Counted from the first letter of the stretch, positions 36,235-45,527 are shown. The stretch is 46,729 nt of DNA from a virus (IMGVR_UViG_3300017761_003339:1-46729); one strand, 5' to 3'. Made by a program: numbers and translations. The notes: generated by a model not told the origin, from the letters alone.

Positions 36235-36570
36235 ATGAAAACACAGCAATTTTATTGGGGTGCTTACAAAGACTTTGTCTTGTCAACCCTTGCCGACCAA
36301 ATCGAAAGTCACGACCTACCTTACACACTGACAGATGTCAGTTATTCAAACGACACTTGCCCATCAGTCGAAATTTCGGGTAAGTCAATCAAGCCCGCCA
36401 TTCTATTCCTACCTAATTCTTGGACAAACGATGGCGAACTGACTACCAAATTTATGATGATTCGAGACGAAGAGTACGGAGCAATTGATAAGTTCGAATT
36501 CTTTAAAGACTTGGACGAAGTAATTTGGCACTTATGTTTATGTAACCAACACAACACAAACCTTATATGA
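36235..36570 (+). CDS. Hypothetical early protein
   Basis: 111 aa, DVSY.NDTCPS motif. Confidence 0.7.
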   Translation: MKTQQFYWGAYKDFVLSTLADQIESHDLPYTLTDVSYSNDTCPSVEISGKSIKPAILFLPNSWTNDGELTTKFMMIRDEEYGAIDKFEFFKDLDEVIWHLCLCNQHNTNLI

Positions 36571-36857
36571 AAACCTATGTAACCCGTCACGCTGTATCCT
36601 CAGTGTATGCCGACTCAGTTAACCTTTGGAATGCAGATGAAGTTATTATCATCTATCCTTATGGTGACATCTACGAAATCTTTGCAGTCCGTAAAGGTGA
36701 GCAATACGAAATCGAATTCGACCGAGACATATTACTAGTAAGTTTAGATGATGCAATGACCATCTCTGAGATATGGTATGACGAGGAAAACATTGTTGCG
36801 ATCCGCAAATATTTTAACACCAAAGTAAAACCTACAAAAAATGATATACAACATTAA
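36567..36857 (+). CDS. Hypothetical early protein
   Basis: ATGA-coupled ORF. Confidence 0.65.
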   Translation: MKTYVTRHAVSSVYADSVNLWNADEVIIIYPYGDIYEIFAVRKGEQYEIEFDRDILLVSLDDAMTISEIWYDEENIVAIRKYFNTKVKPTKNDIQH

Positions 36858-37119
36858 AATCACGACCTTTCGTCCCCTTGATTTGATTGGGCAAAATGAC
36901 CACAACCTTAGTTGTATTTGGGTATTCGGTATTGACTGCAATGACCCCAAAACCCTAGATGATGTAGACAGCATACAACATCTACAAATCGGAGACCATT
37001 CATACTATAGTTACCGAGATATGGATGGTATGTACTATGTCCGTACTCGTGATGGATTCTTTACATCAAAAGATTTTCTTTCCGTCATCTCTGTTATTAA
37101 TGACTATTGCCTTAATTAA
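36841..37119 (+). CDS. Hypothetical early protein
   Basis: 92-aa ORF in a tandem array. Confidence 0.6.
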   Translation: MIYNIKITTFRPLDLIGQNDHNLSCIWVFGIDCNDPKTLDDVDSIQHLQIGDHSYYSYRDMDGMYYVRTRDGFFTSKDFLSVISVINDYCLN

Positions 37120-37135
37120 ACTAAACTAAAAACTT

Positions 37136-37444
37136 ATGAAACTAATAACTCAAAAATCTGTCACTGCATTTATGAATGCAAAACCGTTCAAACGAGACAA
37201 CACCGAAGTAGTTGTCCTACCCAATGTCACAATCCTCAAGTTGTTTGGTAATGAAATTGCCTACCTATACAATGATCCAGACCGCACACTTAGTATTACA
37301 AATTGTGGATGGTTCTCACAGACAACCAAAGAACGCCTCAATGCTATACCAAATGTATCAATCAGACAAAGCAAAGGTCTATGGTATCTCAATGGTGCGT
37401 ATTGGGATGGTAAGTTAATCGATGTTGTTGAATTAGTTTATTAA
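37136..37444 (+). CDS. Conserved phage hypothetical protein
   Basis: L.GN.IA, GW.S.TTKERLN motif; A-rich start. Confidence 0.75.
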   Translation: MKLITQKSVTAFMNAKPFKRDNTEVVVLPNVTILKLFGNEIAYLYNDPDRTLSITNCGWFSQTTKERLNAIPNVSIRQSKGLWYLNGAYWDGKLIDVVELVY

Positions 37445-37455
37445 TCTGAGACCCT

Positions 37456-37683
37456 ATGTTATACGATGTAATTATTGACGAAATCACATACCACTGCGAG
37501 ACCCCTATCGAATCACTCGAAGAACTGTATGAATGGGCCGATCGAATAGGCGTGACTTATGTCCGAGAAAACTATAGTGAGTACCCTACAGAAACACAAG
37601 ATACCATAGGCAAACACGGAGAGTGGATGGATATGCTACAACTTGAAGCCTTAGTGTACGAGTACAACACCACAAGAATATAA
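37456..37683 (+). CDS. Hypothetical early protein
   Basis: 75-aa acidic ORF. Confidence 0.6.
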   Translation: MLYDVIIDEITYHCETPIESLEELYEWADRIGVTYVRENYSEYPTETQDTIGKHGEWMDMLQLEALVYEYNTTRI

Positions 37684-37690
37684 AAAAAAT

Positions 37691-38410
37691 ATGTCTAAAA
37701 GAATTATCTACCGCCAAGGTGACACCGTCACCATCATCACTATGGGTGCAACATCCAACAAAAAGATTGCGATGCCCAAGGAGAAAATTGTACAGACCTA
37801 CCACTTCAGTAGGGAGCAGTACGAGGTTGCCCAGGGGAAGACATCTATGCGAGAATTCTTCTCACACGATGGCAAAGTATGTATGGACTGCCCATTTGCT
37901 GTCAGTAATGGGGCTCAGTTATCCGCTTGCTATACTCACAAGATGATGCAGTATAGCGGATTCCTATCCTCGCTCCGATCGATCGGCAAACTACACGAGT
38001 CCTTTGATGACATACCCGACATAGATGCCAAGATTCATATGCAAATTGTAGGGCTATGCGAAAATAAGTATGTACGATTTGGTACATATGGTGAGCCATC
38101 TCTAATGCCCGTTGACTTGGTGGGAAACATTATCAAGGGTGCGAAATCTTGGACGGGATACACACACCAATGGCGTAAGAAACCCGAATACGCCCCATAC
38201 TTTATGGCTTCAACGCACACTGAATATGAGGAAACAGTAGCTTCACTCATCGGGTATCGGTCTTTCGTTGCATCACCCATACCCATTGCACAATTCATAT
38301 CTTGCCCCGCCTCTGAGGAAATGGGCTTCAAATCTAATTGCTCCAAGTGTGGACTATGCTCTGGCACTATGGGTAAGGGTAGCAAATCAGTAATCATTCT
38401 CGAACACTAA
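37691..38410 (+). CDS. Radical-SAM-like / Fe-S phage protein (gp88-like)
   Basis: CMDCP..CY, VRFGTYGEP, TGYTHQW, MAS, CPAS.E...CSKCGLC. Confidence 0.6.
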   Translation: MSKRIIYRQGDTVTIITMGATSNKKIAMPKEKIVQTYHFSREQYEVAQGKTSMREFFSHDGKVCMDCPFAVSNGAQLSACYTHKMMQYSGFLSSLRSIGKLHESFDDIPDIDAKIHMQIVGLCENKYVRFGTYGEPSLMPVDLVGNIIKGAKSWTGYTHQWRKKPEYAPYFMASTHTEYEETVASLIGYRSFVASPIPIAQFISCPASEEMGFKSNCSKCGLCSGTMGKGSKSVIILEH

Positions 38411-38411
38411 T

Positions 38412-38693
38412 ATGGAATATGTAGAACGAACTATGGGGTACTCACAAGATTGGCATCGCTTGTATGTCTATGGTGAGTACCTAACTAATTTGGATGAAGC
38501 AATCGCCTTATCCAAAGAAATCAACCTCAAAGTACAACTCCGCAAAGGTGATAAGACTTGGAACAATTTAGACGATCCAAACGCTATCACACCGGGGTAT
38601 GTATTTAGTCAAGCAGAATTAGATGACCTTGAACGACAGAAGAAAGAAATCAAAGAACACTTAACCAAATTATATCCACCTAAAAACATATGA
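38412..38693 (+). CDS. Hypothetical protein
   Basis: 93-aa ORF in the array. Confidence 0.6.
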   Translation: MEYVERTMGYSQDWHRLYVYGEYLTNLDEAIALSKEINLKVQLRKGDKTWNNLDDPNAITPGYVFSQAELDDLERQKKEIKEHLTKLYPPKNI

Positions 38694-38950
38694 TAAACCT
38701 ATCTAAAACACAAGTCTCTTGGGACTCGCAAGTAATCGCATTCCAATGGTATCAGAACATCGGTGATGCCCTCTCTCACTTTGCTCACTTCTCTTCTTTC
38801 TTATCTGAGACCCAAAGAGAAGAAGCACTACAATTAATTGATTCCTATACAAAAAATTGGCGAACTAAACACGAAGACCTTATCATCCTCGAAAAAAATG
38901 TAATCATTGCACCAATCAAATCAGACAAACCAACAATAGCAAAAGTATGA
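38690..38950 (+). CDS. Hypothetical protein
   Basis: ATGA-coupled ORF. Confidence 0.6.
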   Translation: MINLSKTQVSWDSQVIAFQWYQNIGDALSHFAHFSSFLSETQREEALQLIDSYTKNWRTKHEDLIILEKNVIIAPIKSDKPTIAKV

Positions 38951-39138
38951 ACACAGAAGAATTTTACCAATGGGTAGTCAACATAATGGGAGCATTCCCT
39001 ACAGATGCTGACAAGAGAAACCAAATCAAAGAACTTTACTACTTAGCCCTCAGCGAAATCGAAGAGGGTGGATCCGAACGAAACGAAATTGACCACGCAG
39101 TAAATGACATCAATTCACTCATCAACGAAAACTTATGA
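38947..39138 (+). CDS. Hypothetical protein
   Basis: ATGA-coupled 63-aa ORF. Confidence 0.6.
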   Translation: MNTEEFYQWVVNIMGAFPTDADKRNQIKELYYLALSEIEEGGSERNEIDHAVNDINSLINENL

Positions 39139-39356
39139 CCTACCTAAAATTAACTAGAGTACACCTTACTATACAAGGCGAACTAAAAGAAGATTACTTG
39201 TATGTAAATCCTCAGCACATCAGAGTATTCAGCGAACACTATGAAGATAACTTTGAAATGTTTGTAACTGCAATCAGTTGGGCTCATCCACAATACATGG
39301 AAATCTATGTAAAAGAAACACCTTACCAAATAGAACAACAACTAACCCTATCATGA
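39135..39356 (+). CDS. FlbD-like small beta protein (paralog 1)
   Basis: LKLT...YVNPQHI...VKETPYQI. Confidence 0.55.
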   Translation: MTYLKLTRVHLTIQGELKEDYLYVNPQHIRVFSEHYEDNFEMFVTAISWAHPQYMEIYVKETPYQIEQQLTLS

Positions 39357-39568
39357 AACTAATCAAACTAACCTTCGCAGACAGAAAAGAATTTGTCTAT
39401 ATTAACCCTAATCACATTGGTCATTGCTATCGAGTACCCTACACAGACACAAAATATAGTAAACCAATCGAAGAGCATACAAGAGTTGGAGTAACCACAC
39501 ACAATAACGGGGGCTTTGAAGTAATGGAAACGCCCGAACAAATCATCAAACTAATAGATAAACTATGA
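39353..39568 (+). CDS. FlbD-like small beta protein (paralog 2)
   Basis: Start corrected to MKLIKLTF; YINPNHI...VMETPEQI. Confidence 0.55.
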   Translation: MKLIKLTFADRKEFVYINPNHIGHCYRVPYTDTKYSKPIEEHTRVGVTTHNNGGFEVMETPEQIIKLIDKL

Positions 39569-40224
39569 GACAACTTAATGTATTAATCGCTTGCGAGTTC
39601 AGTGGTACTGTTCGCAATGCCTTCCGTAAACTTGGTCACAATGCTTTCTCTTGTGACCTTGAGCCATCAGATGACGATTCGCCTTACCATTACAGAGGTG
39701 ATGTGCGTAATTTACTAACAGCATACCAATGGGACTTGCTCATCGCTCACCCACCATGTACCTACCTTACCTTGGCTGGAAATAGATGGTTCAAGCCCGA
39801 ATACGCTGAGAGATTCCCTACTCGTATTCAAGACAGACAAGATGGTGTTGACTTCTTTATGGAACTTATGAACGCTAACATACCACACATATGTGTAGAG
39901 AATCCTATTGGGGTTATGTCCTCTATCTTTCGTAAGCCCGACCAAATCATTCAACCTTGGCAGTTCGGAGACCCATTCCAAAAGTCTACTTGCCTATGGT
40001 TAAAAGATCTGCCTTCACTCATCAGTACCAATATCGTTGACAAAGGTGAATTCTTTGAATGGACTGATAAGAAAACCGGCAAGGTTAAACGCCAAGCACA
40101 ATGGTATATGGATGCCTTGAAAGGTAAGACTGCATACGAACGACAGAAAATTCGTAACAAGACCTTCCAAGGTATAGCCGATGCCATAGCCGACCAATAC
40201 TCAACATACATTTTAACAAAATAA
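39565..40224 (+). CDS. Short phage DNA cytosine methyltransferase-like protein
   Basis: VLIACEFSG, IAHPPCT, VENP, K.TCLWL, R.KTF.GIA. Confidence 0.75.
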   Translation: MRQLNVLIACEFSGTVRNAFRKLGHNAFSCDLEPSDDDSPYHYRGDVRNLLTAYQWDLLIAHPPCTYLTLAGNRWFKPEYAERFPTRIQDRQDGVDFFMELMNANIPHICVENPIGVMSSIFRKPDQIIQPWQFGDPFQKSTCLWLKDLPSLISTNIVDKGEFFEWTDKKTGKVKRQAQWYMDALKGKTAYERQKIRNKTFQGIADAIADQYSTYILTK

Positions 40225-40257
40225 TTTCTAATTATACTAAAATATAAAATTAAATAC

Positions 40258-40265
40258 TATCTTTG
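40258..40265 (+). promoter_or_regulatory. Bacteroidota -7 element (TATCTTTG)
   Basis: TAnnTTTG-CA in an AT-rich intergenic gap. Confidence 0.65.
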
Positions 40266-40288
40266 CACACACTAACAACATAATAGAT

Positions 40289-40543
40289 ATGAACAAAAAA
40301 CAAGCAATCGCAATTATCAAGAGTAACAAATTCTTCTCAGCCGAATTCACTAAGAAAGACGGCACAATCAGATTCATCACCGCCAGGGCCGGTGTAAAGA
40401 AAGGTCTCAAGCCCGATGCTAAACCCAAAAGTTACAACGCAAGTGAATTGGGTTATGCAACTGTATGGGACTTAAAAGAAAAGAACTATCGCCTTATCAA
40501 TCTTCAAACATTAATCAGAGTTAACAAACAAATCGTAAAATGA
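40289..40543 (+). CDS. SH3-fold (WYL_2/DUF2693-like) protein
   Basis: F.KKDG..R...R, VWD.....YR. Confidence 0.65.
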   Translation: MNKKQAIAIIKSNKFFSAEFTKKDGTIRFITARAGVKKGLKPDAKPKSYNASELGYATVWDLKEKNYRLINLQTLIRVNKQIVK

Positions 40544-40782
40544 TAAAGACATTCAAAATTGGTGAATCTGCCGTAGGTGGTATCATCAAAGTTCAAAAGA
40601 TCATCAGTAAGAAAGCTCTTCGTGATGACACTTACAACATCAAGATTATTGATTGGGATACTAAAGAAGTTATTCTTTGGAGATTCACATATGGTATCCA
40701 AGAAACTTACGAATACTTATCCCAATACACTACCCACTATTGGGCAGAAACTATTGTATCATACTTTAAAAACAAAAAATAA
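40540..40782 (+). CDS. Hypothetical protein
   Basis: FKIGE.AVGGII motif; ATGA coupling. Confidence 0.6.
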   Translation: MIKTFKIGESAVGGIIKVQKIISKKALRDDTYNIKIIDWDTKEVILWRFTYGIQETYEYLSQYTTHYWAETIVSYFKNKK

Positions 40783-40786
40783 GACT

Positions 40787-41482
40787 ATGCCAAACCATGT
40801 TTATTACCACTTCATCCCTGCTGAATTAACCGCAGAGCAGACAGAAAAACTACACACAATTGCCGAGACTCTTAATGGATTCTGTGGTCACTACCGCCCA
40901 ATGCCCGATGATATGCGTGACACGACATCTCCTTGTCGTGTTGTGACTCAGAAGGAGTACGACAAACAAATAAAGGAGAACGAGAAGATCGATCGGACTC
41001 AGCCTTGGTATCACGAACCTAAGCCCATCACCAAGAAGATGCAGAAAGCATTGATTGAGAAGTATGGCACAGACAATTGGTACGATTGGGCTTACAACAA
41101 TTGGGGTACTAAGTGGGGATGTTATGACCACGACATTGACGGTGGTAACCTACGCTTCTCTACCGCTTGGAATCTATTCGATATCTCTCTGCTTACAGAG
41201 ATAGCAGTTGACTTCCCTACATTCGTCTTAGCCTATGAAGAAGAGCAAGGATGGGGTGGTGAGTTTGTATTCGAAGATGGCGAATGTATTGAACGCACAG
41301 AATACGATGCACCTACATGGCACTCTACTGATATCGAAACAGAAGATGGAACTATCACGCAACTGCTGTTCCCAATATCTGAGACCCATTTCAATGAGGG
41401 GGCTGACGAAGGTTACTACTATGACTATGACACCAACCAGCCCGTACCCGAAAGTTTCTTAACACAATATAACTTAAACTAA
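40787..41482 (+). CDS. DUF1281/YubB ferredoxin-like fold protein
   Basis: Start corrected to MPNHV; WYDW...NWGTKW, F.TAW, YEEE. Confidence 0.75.
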   Translation: MPNHVYYHFIPAELTAEQTEKLHTIAETLNGFCGHYRPMPDDMRDTTSPCRVVTQKEYDKQIKENEKIDRTQPWYHEPKPITKKMQKALIEKYGTDNWYDWAYNNWGTKWGCYDHDIDGGNLRFSTAWNLFDISLLTEIAVDFPTFVLAYEEEQGWGGEFVFEDGECIERTEYDAPTWHSTDIETEDGTITQLLFPISETHFNEGADEGYYYDYDTNQPVPESFLTQYNLN

Positions 41483-41494
41483 ATAAAAATAACT

Positions 41495-42013
41495 ATGGGA
41501 CAATATTATTATGCAGTCATCTTGAATGACAACAAAACAACAATTAAACATTGGATGTATTCACACGATTATGCTAGTGGATTAAAACTAATGGAACACT
41601 CTTGGATTAAAAATCCATTCGTATTAACCTTTGAAACTCTATTAGATGAGACACCCCAAAGAGTCGTATGGGCTGGTGATTATGCTGATCAATGTAAAAG
41701 ACGCAAGACCAATGTACACGATCGATGCTTGGACTCGACTAAGGTTCGCCCATGGGTCAAAGAAAACTTCTATCGTTATGTTGTTAATCACTCAAAAGGT
41801 TTATTCATAGACAAAAAAGAAATACCAGAAGTTGATGGGTGGAAAATTCATCCTTTGCCTCTTATGACTTGTGAAGGTAATGGCAGAGGGGGTGGAGACT
41901 ATCGCACAGAACATAATGATTTAATTGGTTCTTGGGCTAGAGATGTAATATCTGTTAGTAATACCAAGCCAAAAAATATGTCTAAAATAATCTTTAATCT
42001 AACCGAACAATAA
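41495..42013 (+). CDS. Conserved phage hypothetical protein
   Basis: MGQYY, GLKLMEHSW, WAGDYAD, HPLP, GNGRGGGD, GSWA.D. Confidence 0.75.
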   Translation: MGQYYYAVILNDNKTTIKHWMYSHDYASGLKLMEHSWIKNPFVLTFETLLDETPQRVVWAGDYADQCKRRKTNVHDRCLDSTKVRPWVKENFYRYVVNHSKGLFIDKKEIPEVDGWKIHPLPLMTCEGNGRGGGDYRTEHNDLIGSWARDVISVSNTKPKNMSKIIFNLTEQ

Positions 42014-42016
42014 ACT

Positions 42017-42241
42017 ATGAACTTATATCAAATTAAAACGACCGCTTACGATGAGGAGGATATGCTCCTTGTAACTGATGCACCTGATGATGCTATCGAG
42101 AGAGTACTAGAACCTATGGTAAAAGCAGAACGAGAAGAAGACCAATGGTTTGATCACGATGATTACCTCAGAGCCTTAGAAACTGCATTACCACAATTTC
42201 AATTCTTTTATTACACCGAACCTCATGTTATAGACCTATGA
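42017..42241 (+). CDS. Hypothetical protein
   Basis: 74-aa acidic ORF. Confidence 0.6.
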   Translation: MNLYQIKTTAYDEEDMLLVTDAPDDAIERVLEPMVKAEREEDQWFDHDDYLRALETALPQFQFFYYTEPHVIDL

Positions 42242-42519
42242 AAAAAACAACACTCATCGAACAACTCCTCCAAAAATATCCTAAAATGTTAATCTTTGCC
42301 GATGGCAACGGATGGACTGAGAACTCACCGGATTGTTTCTCTGTCTCAGCAGAGGAGCCGGTGATGGACTCTCGTGGATACGATATGTTCAATTATTGGA
42401 CAGAGAACTACACCCACTACGATCTAGGTGTAAGTACAGAACTAACAGCCTTCCTTGAAAAGAGTGGCTACTTTGCTCAGTGGGTTAACCCTGGCGTTAT
42501 TGGAATTTATAAAGACTAA
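42238..42519 (+). CDS. Hypothetical protein
   Basis: ATGA-coupled ORF. Confidence 0.6.
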   Translation: MKKTTLIEQLLQKYPKMLIFADGNGWTENSPDCFSVSAEEPVMDSRGYDMFNYWTENYTHYDLGVSTELTAFLEKSGYFAQWVNPGVIGIYKD

Positions 42520-42531
42520 ATAAAAAAAAAT

Positions 42532-42915
42532 ATGATACACCAAATTATTGCACAAGTAGAAGAATCAGATCGCAACATCTATCTAACCATTAAAGATGTT
42601 TCTTTGGTATCTGTTAATTACTCACAAGGACTTGGAGACATCGACCTCCACTTCCTCACTACTCACAATCAAGGAATCACATCGTTCGTTATTCGTGAAC
42701 TTGACAAACAAGGAGATGACTTGTACTCATCAGAGTTCTTCTTTCCATCGCCATATTGGGATGAGCAAGTTAAGGTTATTGATGATGCCATTTGGAGTTG
42801 GATAAAAATATACAACAAGAAAGCCGAAGTAATAGAACGCATCGAGAAGTTGGAAAAAGAAATAGTTAATCTAAAAGCTGAAATTAAAATAATCGATGGC
42901 ACTTATGGAATTTAA
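42532..42915 (+). CDS. Hypothetical protein with C-terminal coiled coil
   Basis: 127-aa ORF. Confidence 0.6.
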   Translation: MIHQIIAQVEESDRNIYLTIKDVSLVSVNYSQGLGDIDLHFLTTHNQGITSFVIRELDKQGDDLYSSEFFFPSPYWDEQVKVIDDAIWSWIKIYNKKAEVIERIEKLEKEIVNLKAEIKIIDGTYGI

Positions 42916-43228
42916 GATAACACATACACCAATGCACTCTCCTGAATTGGGAGTACAAAAACCAAAGGAGATTACTTTTTCCTTAGGTCAAATTGACCAG
43001 ATGTATGAGGGCAGAGGTAACTGCTGTCGCTGTGGATGTGGTGGTAATTACCACACCTTGGAGCATAATTCTCGCAAGATTATCAATGCACTACAGAAAA
43101 TGGCATCAGGCAAATACCATGTGGAATCTATTGATGACTACATCTTCGAGATTGTCCTTAAAGAGTACACAAATAAATGGGGAGAGTTCAGTAGAAATAA
43201 AGTACAAACTATTTACCTAAACAAATAA
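42896..43228 (+). CDS. Hypothetical Cys-rich protein
   Basis: Y.G....CCRCGCGGNY. Confidence 0.6.
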   Translation: MALMEFKITHTPMHSPELGVQKPKEITFSLGQIDQMYEGRGNCCRCGCGGNYHTLEHNSRKIINALQKMASGKYHVESIDDYIFEIVLKEYTNKWGEFSRNKVQTIYLNK

Positions 43229-43235
43229 AACAGAC

Positions 43236-43859
43236 ATGAAAGTATTAGAATTATTCGCAGGTTCTCGCAGTATCGGTAAGGTATGCGATGAGTTAGGTCA
43301 CGAGGTATTCTCCTCAGATTGGACACCGTTTGATGGCATTGATTATGCCGTTGATATCAATCAATTCGATACCGATAAAGTATCCTTCATCCCGGATATG
43401 ATTTGGGCCTCACCTCCGTGTACTACATTCTCTGTTGCCTCTATAGGTAAGCATTGGACATTAGATCGGAGACCCAAAACACAAGATGCTATTATGGGCT
43501 TACAAATCCTCAAGAAAACAATCAGCATCATCGAACACTATATGCAATTGAACCCCAATCTAATATGGTACATTGAGAATCCAAGAGGTATGATGCGTAA
43601 GATGGATGTATGGGGTAAGATACTCCACATCCGTAATACCGTCACCTATTGTCAGTATGGCGATACCCGTATGAAACCTACAGATATTTGGACCAATAAC
43701 TACCAATGGCAACCACGCCCAGCCTGTAGTAACGGAATGTCTTGCCACATCTCTGCCCCCCGTGGTAGCAGAACCGGTACTCAAGGCCTGAAAGGTTCTT
43801 ACCTCAGATCACAAGTCCCACAACAATTATGTAAGGAGATAGTAGAATGTACTCATTAA
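43236..43859 (+). CDS. DNA cytosine methyltransferase (short phage type)
   Basis: VLELFAGS, WASPPC, IENP, CQYG...KPTD.W. Confidence 0.8.
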   Translation: MKVLELFAGSRSIGKVCDELGHEVFSSDWTPFDGIDYAVDINQFDTDKVSFIPDMIWASPPCTTFSVASIGKHWTLDRRPKTQDAIMGLQILKKTISIIEHYMQLNPNLIWYIENPRGMMRKMDVWGKILHIRNTVTYCQYGDTRMKPTDIWTNNYQWQPRPACSNGMSCHISAPRGSRTGTQGLKGSYLRSQVPQQLCKEIVECTH

Positions 43860-44230
43860 TAGCAGACAAACTAAAAAACAGAGGGACTGTTGTATACAAC
43901 CCCTTTCACTATGGCACTAATCCTCCGAGATACCTAGTTCCTTTAATCGGATGGAATGAACCAATCGGTGATACATCCGTAGAAGAATTTCTAATCTCCT
44001 TGGAGGATGAAATAGAGGATACCTTAGAATTCATCAACCAACACTCATCTACCATCTCCAAAGATTCACTATACTTTGAGGTGGATGCAGAAGAATCCTT
44101 CTATTGTTGGACAGCCGACCTCTACTTCGATGACCTTCAGGAGGCTATAAAATATGCGTGGATATTTGAAGCAGATGATATCTATGATAGAGTTGAACAA
44201 GAAATTATTTACTTAGATGAAATCGATTGA
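43847..44230 (+). CDS. Hypothetical acidic protein
   Basis: 127-aa ORF. Confidence 0.55.
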   Translation: MYSLIADKLKNRGTVVYNPFHYGTNPPRYLVPLIGWNEPIGDTSVEEFLISLEDEIEDTLEFINQHSSTISKDSLYFEVDAEESFYCWTADLYFDDLQEAIKYAWIFEADDIYDRVEQEIIYLDEID

Positions 44231-44504
44231 TGCATATATCCCTAAAGAAGTCTATGATGAATTTATCGCACAGCATAGCAATTCTAAAAAAGCTCTTGAC
44301 TATCTCTCTATTATTTTGGAAAATCGTATACGATCCGAACGATTTCTTATATCGAGAGATTTAATCAAACAAGTGGACCATCAGAAAATTAGTATTCCGG
44401 TTAAGGACCATTTGATGCCGTACCTCAATGAGTATTGTGTGATTAAAGGTATTACCAAACAAGAACTTATTGTCAAACTTATTAAAAGAAAAAGAATCAT
44501 ATGA
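44217..44504 (+). CDS. Putative ribbon-helix-helix DNA-binding protein
   Basis: ISIPV....LNEYC..KGITKQELI. Confidence 0.45.
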   Translation: MKSIDAYIPKEVYDEFIAQHSNSKKALDYLSIILENRIRSERFLISRDLIKQVDHQKISIPVKDHLMPYLNEYCVIKGITKQELIVKLIKRKRII

Positions 44505-45181
44505 AAGCAATTGGCTACATCCGGGTGAGTACGGATATGCAAGCAGAAAAAGGTACATCCTTGGACAACCAAGTAGCACGCATCAAAGAATTTGCTGAAC
44601 GCAAAGGATTTATACTGGAAAATATTTATGAGGATGCTGGCTTTAGTGGAAAAAATACTAACCGACCAGCATTCCAAGAGATGTTTAATCGACTAAAAAA
44701 GGGTGATGTAAACGCTGTCATTGTTTGGCACTCCACACGATTTGCTCGTAATCTCCGTGACTTCTTGAATCATATGGACATCCTAGAAAAAAAGAAGGTT
44801 AAGTTCTACTCTATAGAAGAACCTGAGATGAGCGGATCATCCGGTAAGGCTATGCGAAATCTGATGGCCGTGTTTGCCGAGTACCAAAGCGATGTCACCG
44901 GAGAGTACACACGATCCGTTAAAATAAATCTTAAGAAGACAATGAAAGTCTATTGTGCATATCCTCCCCTGGGATTTAAGAATGAGGATGGTAAATTGGT
45001 CCGAGACCCAAAGGCATATCAAATTGTTGATCAAATCAAAGTATATCACAATCAAGGTTTATCATTACGCACCATTGCTCAAATGATTAATATGATGGGA
45101 CATACGGGTAGTAAAAATGGAAAATTTCATGCAAGTACAATTCAAAAAATACTAAAAAATAATATATATGATATACATTGA
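44501..45181 (+). CDS. Serine recombinase (resolvase domain plus short recombinase domain)
   Basis: GYIRVST..Q, D.G.SG....RP, RFARN, FAE, PLGF. Confidence 0.9.
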   Translation: MKAIGYIRVSTDMQAEKGTSLDNQVARIKEFAERKGFILENIYEDAGFSGKNTNRPAFQEMFNRLKKGDVNAVIVWHSTRFARNLRDFLNHMDILEKKKVKFYSIEEPEMSGSSGKAMRNLMAVFAEYQSDVTGEYTRSVKINLKKTMKVYCAYPPLGFKNEDGKLVRDPKAYQIVDQIKVYHNQGLSLRTIAQMINMMGHTGSKNGKFHASTIQKILKNNIYDIH

Positions 45182-45527
45182 AACCAAACAGCAAACAAAT
45201 GCTAAGAATAAAATTGTGGAAATAATTGAGGAAGAATTTGGTGTACCCCGTGAGTTATGGGAGGTGCGTAGAACCCGTATGAATGATGAAGTTTTTATAC
45301 GACACATCTATATTTATATGCTCTACAACTATGCTAAGATTACTTTACAAAATATTTCTAGATTGGTGGGCCTCAAAGGACACGCCACAATAATTCAATC
45401 GCTATCCAGATCTAAAAAATGGTTAGAGACCCCAGAAGAATACCAAACTCAATATGAATTCATCAACAATGTAATTAAAACTTATGAGCAAAGAAATACA
45501 AATACTGTTGAATTATCTGCTAGATAA
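45168..45527 (+). CDS. DnaA C-terminal-like HTH protein
   Basis: R....RHI..Y.L.....TL..I.......HATII. Confidence 0.65.
   Translation: MIYIETKQQTNAKNKIVEIIEEEFGVPRELWEVRRTRMNDEVFIRHIYIYMLYNYAKITLQNISRLVGLKGHATIIQSLSRSKKWLETPEEYQTQYEFINNVIKTYEQRNTNTVELSAR

Noticed and set aside
39278-40786. Upstream extensions of ORFs 39278-39568 and 40577-41482 in the track
   Set aside because: They overlap real genes; the ATG starts at 39353 and 40787 fit better
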